This document shows, in pieces, positions 53,601 to 64,000 of a stretch of DNA of 64,000 nt. A model generated the notes under the pieces. It was not told the origin of the DNA, searched no databases, and saw nothing but the letters and a program-made list of their open reading frames with translations. Every line of letters begins with the position of its first letter. Position 1 is the first letter of the stretch. Made by a program: the position numbers and the translations under genes. Origin of the DNA: Camelus dromedarius (taxonomy: Eukaryota); contig NC_087436.1 of the NCBI RefSeq assembly GCF_036321535.1, positions 78,432,001-78,496,000 of the forward strand, read 5' to 3'.

Positions 53601-53970
53601 CAAGGTGCATATCAACGAAATGTAATCTATGAACCTTGTTTGAATCCAATATCAAACAAAACAATTATAAATAGATATTTATGATTCAAAGAAATGTGAA
53701 TACTGACTTCATATTGTGGAACTATTTATTTTTAGGTGTATTAATTGCATTATGCTAATAGAAGAATCCTTACCTGTTGTTAGAAATATACAGTGAAGTA
53801 TTTACAGATGAAATGACATATCTGGGGTTTACTTCAATGCACTGGGATGGAAGTGGAGGAGAGGGGTAGAGATAGTTGGTCATCATTCATAATCACTGAA
53901 GCTGGGTGATAGGTACAGCTTCTTCTTTTGTGCATGATTGAAAATAGATAATAAAAATACAATTAAATAA
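53601..53970 (+). mobile_element. L1MC-like 3' remnant (related pieces at about 51540-51850)
   Basis: tatgaaccttgtttgaatcc...ttttaggtgt...tgaagtatttacagatgaaatgacatatctggggtttacttcaa...tgaagctgggtgataggtaca. Confidence 0.7.
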
Positions 53971-54949
53971 ATAGATTAAATATTTTAATACATCTTTAAA
54001 TTATGGGCTTCTCATATGTACCTGAGACTTAGCTTTGGAAACAGTTACCTGAGAACTGAGATGTTGTTGCCTCCAAAAGCAATGACTCCACAAATCTTAA
54101 CCTCAAGGTCCTAATTTCTTGTACTCTGGTGAAACTGTCTCAAACTTTTCTACCAAAGCACCCTTTAAAGCACATGTTATGGTATCTATGCTTTATTTTA
54201 ATATTCTTTAGTATAGACAGTGTATGTCAGAAGCAATTACACTCTTGGGGCAGGATGTTGCCCTAATCAGAAATCTACATTCTGGGGATAATTAGCTAAG
54301 TGTTATTAGAAAAGTCATACACTAGAGGCAATGACTAAAAGGTCTTTAGTCATTATTTTCTCCCTTCAATGCAAGAGCATTCCTAATCAGCACAATGTTA
54401 GAACTGGGTTTTCATTGGTGGAATTAGTGGCTTGTTAATTGATAAAAATGAGGCTTTCATTTGGGAAATTAGTGGCAGTAGGGAAATGTGAACTGACTAT
54501 AACATTTTATAGACACTCCCCATACTTTCAAAAACATGAGGTAAAACTCTAGTGAGCCCTGGAATCTTTATCCTTAGGAATGGAGCCCTAGGTGATATCC
54601 CTAAATGATGCTTGCAGAAGTGGTTTATGATTGTTTTGTGCCTGCTTGCAGAAATGTCTATATGAGTAGCAGAATTTGGTCTGAGACTTGCTTTCCTAAT
54701 AACCTGATACAAGGTTATGAGAGAGTAATTAACCCTCATTACTGTCAACCATTAAAACTCCCAAGATGTACCAACAAGAACCTAATAGCTGTGCACACCA
54801 AACTGGCTTGGTCAGTCCTCAGTAGCAGAAAAAAAAGTAAACGTATCATCTGCAGTAGATGAATCCTGGCCCACCACAAAAGCAAACTTATCTTGAAATC
54901 ATTTGTTTCATCTATAAACTTCATGTAAATTTAGCATATTACCCCCATA

Positions 54950-55370
54950 TGATAGACTGTTGGATTGGCAACCCCCAGTGAATCATACCTTCAGTATTCA
55001 AGCCTTTCCACATTGAGTCTAGGCTGGGCCATGTGGCTTAATTTGGTCAATGAACATTAGCAAGTATGATGCAAGCAGAAGAAGCTCAATAAGTGATTTC
55101 ACAATAGGGTTTGCCCTCTTGAAATGGTCTCTCTTGATGCCCTGATCCACCGTGTAAAAAAGTCCAGCTACCCTAGTTGAGAGACCTTGTGGAGAGAGAG
55201 AGAGAAATGCCTAGCTAGCAGTCAGCTCTTGCAGCCTTTCCAGCTCAGGCACCAAACATGTGTGTAAAGAAGCCATCTTAAATACTCCAGCTCAGCAGTC
55301 ACCATGTGGAGCAGAAGAACCACCCTACTGAGACCAACTTAAATTGCAGAACTTTAAGAAATAATAGCTT
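54950..55370 (+). mobile_element. MaLR LTR (MLT1F/G/H-like)
   Basis: ccacattgagtctaggctgggccatgtggctt...ccagctcaggcaccaaacatgtg...aagccatctt...tggagcagaagaaccaccctactgag. Confidence 0.75.
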
Positions 55371-56427
55371 GACTTCTGGGGACCTGCACCAAAAGTGTCT
55401 GTGGTTTTATTTATTTCTTGGAACAACATTAAATGTCTTCCCCATACTCCAACACCAGCCATCAACAGCATCATAGATCCATATTCTGATACTGTGGAGA
55501 ACTCAAGAAGCTGAAGAAAAGTTAAGAGGAAATGTTGAGCATAGGGTGCAAATTGTCTCCCTAGGTATAAGGAAGACTCTAAGAATTCAGAGAGAGTGGA
55601 TATGAGTTGGGCCACACCAGGAAAACTTTGCCACATGCTCTAGAGATATTTTTTACTACTTCCTGGACAACTGCATTTCTCCTGTCTTATTTTAACATCA
55701 GGCAACTTGGGTCTCTTGAAAGTGAGGCTGGAGGCCAAGTAAGAATATGTGGAAAAGTGGTCAAGAAGAGGTCAATATGCTAGTATTAGGATGAATCATC
55801 ATATAAAAGAAATAACTATCTTGGTAAATACTGTATCTGCATTAAAGTTTGCATTCCCCCAAAGCACAGCTCTGCCTGACAACCGAAGCATTACTCCAAG
55901 CACCCTGGATACAGAACCTACCACTGTATGAGCAATTCTATACCTACTTAAGTCTACCATTATAAAGCCCCCCTCCCTGCTATTATATTTTTATAAAACC
56001 TTGTTCAGGATTGATCAAGGAGTGACTTAGGAATTGAAGAGACAATCTGTAAGTTGAAGATATCAGTACCAATACTGAGATGGGCTGGAGAAGATAAAGC
56101 TTCAGCTACTCCTCAGTGTTCTCCCTAGCAGGTATTTCTTGTGGGAAAAACTGTTGCAGTAAGATATTTTCATACTTAAAAAATAAAATCTATTTAAAAG
56201 CAAAATACTCTGTAATTCTGTTGGAAAATTCATGAACAGTTCATTGACATTTTCATCTGTCACAAGAAATATCAGCCAAATTTTATGTTAAGTTACTTAT
56301 TTCTCCTATATGTTTTTGAAAGTAGATTTTTTTTTATGGTGTGGTCCAAATCAGTAGTTTTCCAGATAAACAGGTTATCTAGAGTATGCTCTCTATCTTT
56401 TTGTATGTTAATAAATTTTTTACTCAC

Positions 56428-56461
56428 CTGAGGGACAATAAGATGGGGCAAGTATACAGGA
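56428..56461 (-). other. Candidate spliced exon (34 nt)
   Basis: Minus strand: ccgtctatttttctag|TCCTGTATAC...GTCCCTCAG|gtgagt. Confidence 0.45.
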
Positions 56462-57127
56462 CTAGAAAAATAGACGGAATCTGACCCAGGAAAGGGCAAG
56501 CACGTCTAGAGATGGTCACCAGTGTTTTCAAAAGTTCTATGTATTAAGTGAGATAACAAAATACAACCTCCCTAACCTCCAGGAATGGTGAGTAGGGCAA
56601 ATGATCTCCTTATAGGCATGCACACTCACAGAGCAAAGCCGACAAATTAACTTTGCATTTGTTTCAATCTGTATCCCTCCAGAATAATCTATTCTAAGTC
56701 TTACTGGGGAAACTGAGGCAACTGAACAGACTTCTATCATTATTTCAGTATTCTGATTTTCCCTTAGGAAACTCTTGTCACCACTTATTCTCAAAGTATT
56801 GTATATCTATTAAAGAATATATAGCAACAGACAACAAATGATGGTAAAACCATTAAGATGTAATACAACAAATAATATCCACAGTCTTCATATCACTGAA
56901 ATTGTATGCCAATAAAAATACATCACATGAAAAACGTATGTACCAGAAAAAGTAATAGAAACAGAGGTACAGACCAACTAATATTTTATTAGCAGACGAA
57001 ATCTTTGCTGCCGGTAAAAGATACTGATAACAGGAAAAATCATGCAAAGAACATATTCTGATAACTATTATGCCTAGAAAAGGAATTTAAACAACTATGA
57101 AACTCGAGAAGTAACATGTTCTTTTAC

Positions 57128-57179
57128 CTTGAGACATCTGAAGGATGTTCATGCTCTAATCAACGGATAGACAGTACTG
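57128..57179 (-). other. Candidate spliced exon (52 nt, NAGNAG acceptor)
   Basis: Minus strand: tgattcttgtgtgttag|CAGTACTG...TGTCTCAAG|gtaaaag. Confidence 0.4.
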
Positions 57180-59914
57180 CTAACACACAAGAATCAGAAC
57201 ATACAAAAATACAGTAATGTCCTGTTCTTTTCCAATACTGGGTCTGTGGGAGATAAATTAATCTAACTATGGTCAAAGAAAAAAGATAGCAATCTAGCTG
57301 GAAGTACACACCAAGCCCTTGTGTATTCCCAGAGGGTTTTCATTGACAGGAAAACAGCGTGACTTTCACACAATAAAGGTGTCAGATGAATAAAGACTTA
57401 CACATAAGTAAACAAATGAAATTAGAAGGCATATAGGACAGAGTCACAGTCTACTCCTAAATTGGCTTTCATCAGTTTTTTGCTTATCTTAGTAACTCCT
57501 CCTGTTCTCTTATTATATGTCTGAAGAGAATTGAAGGTGCAGTTATTTTCAGTTATTTTCTAAAATGAAAATGCAAGCCATTATGTGCATCTTTTCCATG
57601 AATAAGGGTCATAATGGGTTCAAACGTTCAACTGAATTAGTTTTGATCCTCCTCCAATGAGCTTAGAAACCAAATGAATAAGTAAACAAGCTGGAAATAT
57701 ATGCAAGAAATATGCAGAGGGGAGAGATGATGTGTGAATAGCTCAGGTAAAGATAAACTGAGTGAAGTTCATACATTGTTAAAAAAAAAAAAATAGCCAC
57801 AAAAGTCCATGAATCACATTCACTTTAACAGACACGACTAGAAAGTGGGAATAGGGCTGTTCTCAAATACATAGTATTATTTTCCAGAACCATTAAAATT
57901 GGATTGAATTGTTATGGATTTTTCATGAGGCAGCATCAGAGGGCTGCTAGAGCTGCCATCTAATAAAATCAGTGATTTGCAACACAGGAATACTTCACGC
58001 CAAAGGAGGTGTCTGCTAATTTATCACACCAGCAAGCTCATTGTCTTACTTGAGAGAAAGCCTTTATGGAATTCCAAGGGAGCTTGTAGATTAAAATGTA
58101 CATTTTCTTGTCCTCAGTTTTTTTAACATAATGTAAAGGCTTCTTCTCTATTTGTCTAATTTATTTCTTGGTGTCTGCGCAACCATGGCTTGTCCATGCA
58201 CTTGTCTGTGCCACTGTTTTTGGTACCACTGGGGGTGGAAAGACCAAAGTCTCAGACAAGACTTATGTGGCTTTGGTGGAGCCACACATAGCCTAATGAT
58301 TTGGCTGATTTGTTGTGGTCTAAATACCATCTTTGGGACAGAAGGACCCCAGAAATACTAATTTCTCTACTCACAGGCATTCTTAGTAAACCTTGATGCG
58401 CTGATGTACTCAACCTCCCAGCCATGTTTAATTCTCCTACAGGCATTTCAATATGACCACTTTGCTTTGTGTAACGACAGCTTAATAACACATGATAAAT
58501 AATATTCAGAAATGTTATTTTGATGATTATGACCTAATTACCTAAAGTCCCTAAGTTACCTCTTTCTGAGTTTTTACTTCCAAGCCAGATGTGCCTACAT
58601 AAAACAAATGTCTCAATTTTCCTCCTTGCAATTATACTTAAAAAAAAAAATTGGATTTGCATTTAGAAATAACTTTCCTCCCCAACTTTGGGGATATACT
58701 CTGGAGGTTCCCATGAATGATTTTAAAAGAGTACATAGTCCCATGTTGGGTACAGAAAAGTCTCCAATTAGAAACCACACTAAAAAATTTTAACAAGAAT
58801 AATTGGAGCTATGGGCTGTGTCTCTGTACCTTTGGCTGCTTGCAGATCTGACTCCAGAGGAAAAATTCAAAATTAGAAATTGTGGAAATGTAATTTGAAT
58901 GGATTTTCAGTCTGGTCAATCCTTGATAAACACCACTAATATAAGGGAAAGAGATGTGGCTATATACAAATAATGTATAATCAAAACTCACTTATATTTT
59001 CTTATTGATCAAAATTTTAAAATACACTACGACTCAGCATTTTTAAGAATAAAAATCGTATCTGTTGTGTGTTGGAAAGGACAGGAGGTGGGATAGGAGT
59101 GAGTATTGGAGGAGAGTCAAAAGACAGAGCAGATGAGTGAAAGCTAAACATTGGCTTGTATATGATAAAAATATGCTAAACTTGGGTTTAGAGTTGCAGG
59201 AAAAAATTTTCAGGGCAGGTGGGATGTAATTCAACAGCCATACAGGCTTTTAAAACACTCTGGAATGGTTGCTGATTACTCAATGAATCATCCATGCCAT
59301 TTGGCAGATCTAAGTCTGCATTAACTGAAGCATGGAGTCCAAAGCAAAAACATCTTCTGATTACAATCCTAAAACTGCAACTTCTTCCTGTGACCTGACC
59401 CTAATTGCCAGCCAGAGGTAGGCTCTGCATTAGGGTTCCACGTGTGCAGACCGAGTTAGCCAGGAGGCTCTGTGTGGAAGCCAGGATTAGAATAAGCACT
59501 CTAATCTCTCGTTTGCATTTTCTCTTCCACCCTTTTATTGATCTTTCTCTCATCTAGCAGTTCAAGCTCGCATTACAACAAAAGCCTGTGTCTAATTATC
59601 ATCTTTCCTTTGTAATTCTTAATCTTGACTCAGTATAGGCTAAGGATTAGCTATAAAGATGGTAGCAATCTACCCAGCTCCTTGAAGAACAGAGTGTCAG
59701 AGAATGTGAGGGCAGTGCCCGGTTCAAGTAAGCACTAATTAGTGCTGTTAAAAATTGAATGAGTAACACAGAGACCGTGTTTCCAATACCACTCAGTGAA
59801 CAAAACAGAGAAAAGTCCCTCTCTTCATGAAGCTTACGTCACAGTGCGAGACAGACAACAAAGATAAACGAGGAAATTATACAGTCCAGCAGAAAGAAAC
59901 AAGTTCCCTAGCAG

Positions 59915-60357
59915 ATGTTATCAGATTCCCTGAAATTCGTTCCCACTTGACCTGACCCCAGGACTCCAACTGTGAGCTGCAGAAGGCTTTCTCTTCCAGT
60001 GGGAGGACACTTGCCCAAACTCAGCAACAGGAAATTCTAAGGAGTTAAAAGTCCCAATTCTACCCCCACAACCCACTGGCAGCTCTCAACCACAGACTGA
60101 TGAGAACATTCCAACTTCCTTATGGCTCACATATACTTCAGGGTATGTCCATGCAGTCTCCCAGGGTTCCCCAGCAGGACTGAGTCCCATTTGCCCAGAA
60201 AAGTTACCTGCTGACGGCCACACCCTGAATTGGCTTCCTTCCCCTCCCTGTCTCACTCTCCCACACCTGACTTGCCTTCCTGAGGTCACCTCCCACATAA
60301 ATCACTTGCATTTTTGAGTGAGATTAAAAGTCTAAGATCTTGCTTCTGGATGAGACA
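59915..60357 (+). mobile_element. ERVL LTR (LTR16-like) within L2 remnants
   Basis: ccccagcaggactgagtccca...ttggcttccttcccctccctgtctcactctccc...cacctcccacataaatcacttgca. Confidence 0.65.
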
Positions 60358-61379
60358 AGTGTTAAGGAAAACACAACACAGAGATAGAGGAAATGAAGTA
60401 TCAGGTAGGGTGCAATTTCAGATTGTGTGATCAGGAAAGCCTTCACCCAGGTGATTTTGAAAAAAGACTAGACTGGAAGGAGGTATGAGGTCACTGTAGT
60501 TCCAAAACAGGGTCATTGCTAAGCCTATCACACTATGTTACATTCAGAACCACAGTGAAGCATTTGTTCACCTTGGGGTTTTCCCCTTCTTGGTGTTTGA
60601 AAATAAAGTGTTCATCCCTAGTAATTTGGTGAGGTTTGAATTTTCACTGCCAGAAGCAAAATATTGATTTTCCCTCACAGTATTTTGATATAAATGTATA
60701 TGAAACCCTCAGGGCATCTTGCCCTCTTATTCTTATTACAAGATGTCTTGTCAACTGTCTCAGCTCAAGGCCACAAAACTGACTTAATACTGAGACATTC
60801 TCTCTCCCAGGAATTCCCAACAAAATTTCCTGAGTACTGATATGAACGTGGTGGAGATTCATGTCACTTTTACTTACAGCCTCCAAAGAATAAAATGTCA
60901 TTCCTTACAGTCATCCGAAGCTTACTGCATGACACACTGACCCTATGTGTGTAGTGACCTGCAAAACATGCGTTGAATATGGACAGAGAGAGAAAGAAAA
61001 TTTCACAGAATCACTGGCTTCTGAAATTAGAAGCTATCTCAATAGGTAAACCTCTTACTCAAGAGAGGAATCCCTGCATCATTACTTCCTCATTATTCTT
61101 TCTGAAAACATAAACACAAAACTAAATTCCTCTTCCACTTGGCAGATAAGTTCCCCACAATATCTTCTCTATATGAAAGCACTTGCTGCTCTGCTTTGAC
61201 GTGATTTCAGGAGTTTCTCACCATCCTGATGGCCCTACTCCTGACATACTGTGTTTCTCAATGTCCTTGTAAAAGGCTGAGGCTCAGGAATTGAGCCCTG
61301 TATTCTGTTGGTTATAGTGGGTTGATCAATAAATCAATCATCAGGACTCCACTTTCCTTGGTCTACAACAATAGTTCTC

Positions 61380-62490
61380 AGATTCTGTCCCAGTTTTTCT
61401 GGTTTTCTTCCAGTCTCCTTTGTTCACCTCTAAGATGACAGTACCCTCACTACCAGGGTTCTGCTGTTAGCCCTCTAATGCCCCAGTGTGTGAGCTTTCC
61501 TGGGATATGCTCACCAAAACTCATGGACTCCAGCAGCCATCTATAAGCTGACAACTCCCAAATCCTTATCTCTAGTTCTGACCTCCAGATTCATCTAAAA
61601 AATTAGTATTTCAAGTAGATACCCCAAAGGTCCTCAAACTCAACATACCCAAAACCAGTCTCAATCCTTTACCTTCTAAACTAGATCTGCTTGACTGGAT
61701 AAAGAAGTTGTGGTATATTTATACAATAAAATACTATTCAGCCATAAAAAAACAACAACATAATGCCATTTGCAGCAACATGGATGGACCTGGAGATCGT
61801 TATTCTAAGTGAAGTAAGCCAGAAAGAGAAAGAAAAATACCATATGAGATCGCTCATATGTGGAATCTAAAAAAAAAAAAAGAACATAACAGACTTGTAG
61901 ACATAGAATACAAACTTGTGGTTGCTGGTGGGGGGGAGGTGGGAAGGGACAGACTAGGAGTTCGAATTTGGTAGATACTGACAGGTATATATAGAATAGA
62001 TAAACAAGATTATACTGTATAGCACAGGGAAATATATACAAGATCTTGTGGTAGCTCACGGTGAAAAAGAATGTGAAAATGAATATATGTATATTCATGT
62101 ATGACTGAAAAACTGTGCTCTACACCGGAAATTGATGCAACATTGTAAACTGACTATACCTCAATAAAAGAAAATTTTAAAAAAGAAAAAAAAAACTAGA
62201 TCTGTTCATATTTCCTTCTCTGGATAACAACCTCATTTCTTCTCCAGCCAGAAGTTAGCAAAATAAATCTCAAACCTTTCAACTTATTTCCATCTCCTTT
62301 TGCCACCACCCTAGTCCCAACTACCAACATCTCCTTCCTAGACAATCCTATCTGCAAAATTTTTTCCCTACTACCCCTCCTCCTCCGCAGCCCAACAAAA
62401 CCCCAATCCATTCTCCAAACAGTACTCACAATGATCCTTCTAAACTGCAAGTATGATCATGCCACTTCTCTGCTTAAAATCTTTGTGTGG
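61380..62490. mobile_element. L2 remnant interrupted by an L1
   Basis: atctataagctgacaactcccaaatccttatctctag...cctcaaactcaacatacccaaaacc; resumes ccaccaccctagtcccaactacc...gatcatgccacttctctgcttaaaatc. Confidence 0.75.
61690..62192 (+). mobile_element. Young 5'-truncated L1
   Basis: gactggataaagaagttgtggtatatt...gccatttgcagcaacatggatggacctggag...poly-A. TSD aaactagatctg at 61678-61689 and 62193-62204. Confidence 0.95.
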
Positions 62491-64000
62491 CAGAAGTGTG
62501 CCGTGTCTGTGGGGCTGTGGTGGAAAAAGATGTTGAACAGGTAGGATGTTGGTCATATTAATGCTGATGTTAAAAAATAAAAATAACAAATAAATAAAGT
62601 TTAAAAGTGATGCTAAGGAGAATTCTTTCCTCACATACACAATTCCTGGGCCTCTCTGTGCAGATCTAAGGAATGGGTGACAGGGAGCTATAAGAGCACC
62701 TTATTGATTTTTATAGGAAACGGTAAAATTTACTCTAGAATAAAAGAAAATATACCAGAAGATAAGAGAGTAGGAACAAAAGGAAAAGGCCAACAAGGGC
62801 TATTTTTGAAGTTCTGAAATTTTTGGAGAAAACAAGAGAGCTTAGAGACACCTACCACACCATGAACTGAGACTTTGAAAAAAATAAATGGGTAAAAGAC
62901 ATTTTTAAAGTTTTGCAGTGTTTTATGAATGCCATCTCCACTTCACATTGTCCAAGAGATTAACTTTTTTTATTGCTTTGCAATTATTTTTAACCTGTTA
63001 GACTAGACATTATTCTCTGCCTAGAATAATGAACAGAGACAGGCTTTGAGGTAAGAACAAAAAGGTCCAGCATCACTGGGGTTATAGATATAAGTTAAGA
63101 GTCAGATTTTCTGCCTCCAAGATCTGCCTAGTGCTTAGAATGGTATTAAGTACAGCATTGCTTTAAAGTGTTGTATCTAAAGTACCATGACTGCCAAATG
63201 CTCTACCCCTTACCCCACCCCAACTCCCAATCCCAGTCCCAACTACCCACCCCAACTCCCAACCAAATATGAAAACCACTGCTCTTGATTCAGTTCTATT
63301 GAAACAAAAGTTGAAAACTTACCCATGATTGCAGGCTCACAGTATTATACACCATGTGCACACAGATCCCTCACTGTAAACACTTCTCTGTATTACATAA
63401 TAGCTCCACAATAGGTATCTTACCCTTGGAAGGCAATCCATCTATTCTTGGTGGGCTTAGTTAGAGATCATTTAGGATGCCAGCTTTATTACCACACCAG
63501 ACCAAGCCCTTCCATTGTCAAATTACCTCTATCACAATAGCTTCCACTTTTAGCTAATAAGGACTCACAGGCTTTCCCAAAACTGACTATGTGCCTAGAC
63601 CAAAATCACTGTAAAAACAAAAGTTGTATGGGAAACTAGAGAATGCAGGAGTGAGTCTGTGAATGTGAATACATCTCCCAAAGAAATGTCTTCTCATTAG
63701 ACATCATGTTGGAGATGATGCACTACCAGAGAGAAGACCTGTTTTCCACAAGCTAGAGGTGACTGTGGCAGGCACTTCTGGACTCAAGGGTGGGATCTGG
63801 ATCAGATTAGAGCCAGAGGATCCATTCAAGCAGGGACAGCCTTTGAAGGAGTGCTCTAGGCTTACAAACCAGAGCATGACCACAAAAGGTCCTGAAAGTT
63901 AAAAGTAGGTACAGACCAGAGGAGAGCATCTCTGTAACCCTCCCATTGGATCAGATTGGCCAAGGGATCCCTGAAATAGATCCTGAGGGTGGTCCTCTGG

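Noticed and set aside
63323..63373. Possible minus-strand exon ending ATGG|gtaagt
   Set aside because: The donor is good, but the acceptor lacks a polypyrimidine tract, so it is too weak to list.
1..64000. Naming the host gene; CRISPR or prokaryote-type systems
   Set aside because: No exon matches a gene I can recognise. The DNA is mammalian, with no repeat-spacer arrays or operon-like structure.

Overview
This is eutherian mammalian nuclear DNA, very probably camelid: it carries Vic-1-like tRNA-derived SINEs, and I saw no Alu, BovB/Bov-tA or PRE elements. The window is AT-rich and full of transposon remnants (L1, L2, MIR, ERVL/MaLR LTRs, hAT and Tigger MITEs). It has no CpG island and no recognisable long protein-coding exon. 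The ORFs in the supplied track look like chance ORFs or decayed L1 fragments. Six small candidate exons (34-67 nt) with good AG/GT boundaries lie on the minus strand. These, plus an excess of plus-strand L1s, suggest the window sits inside a minus-strand transcription unit (a multi-exon 5' leader, lncRNA or small ORF) that I cannot name. The best-supported curiosities are: a full-length U6 snRNA/L1 chimeric retrocopy with target-site duplications; a young solo LTR nested in a SINE nested in an old L1; a SINE with a compound tail; and a 3'-truncated L1 that keeps its 5'UTR and ORF1. I see no evidence for a wholly new biological system. Repeat family names come from recalled consensus similarity, not a database search, and boundaries of old repeats are approximate.
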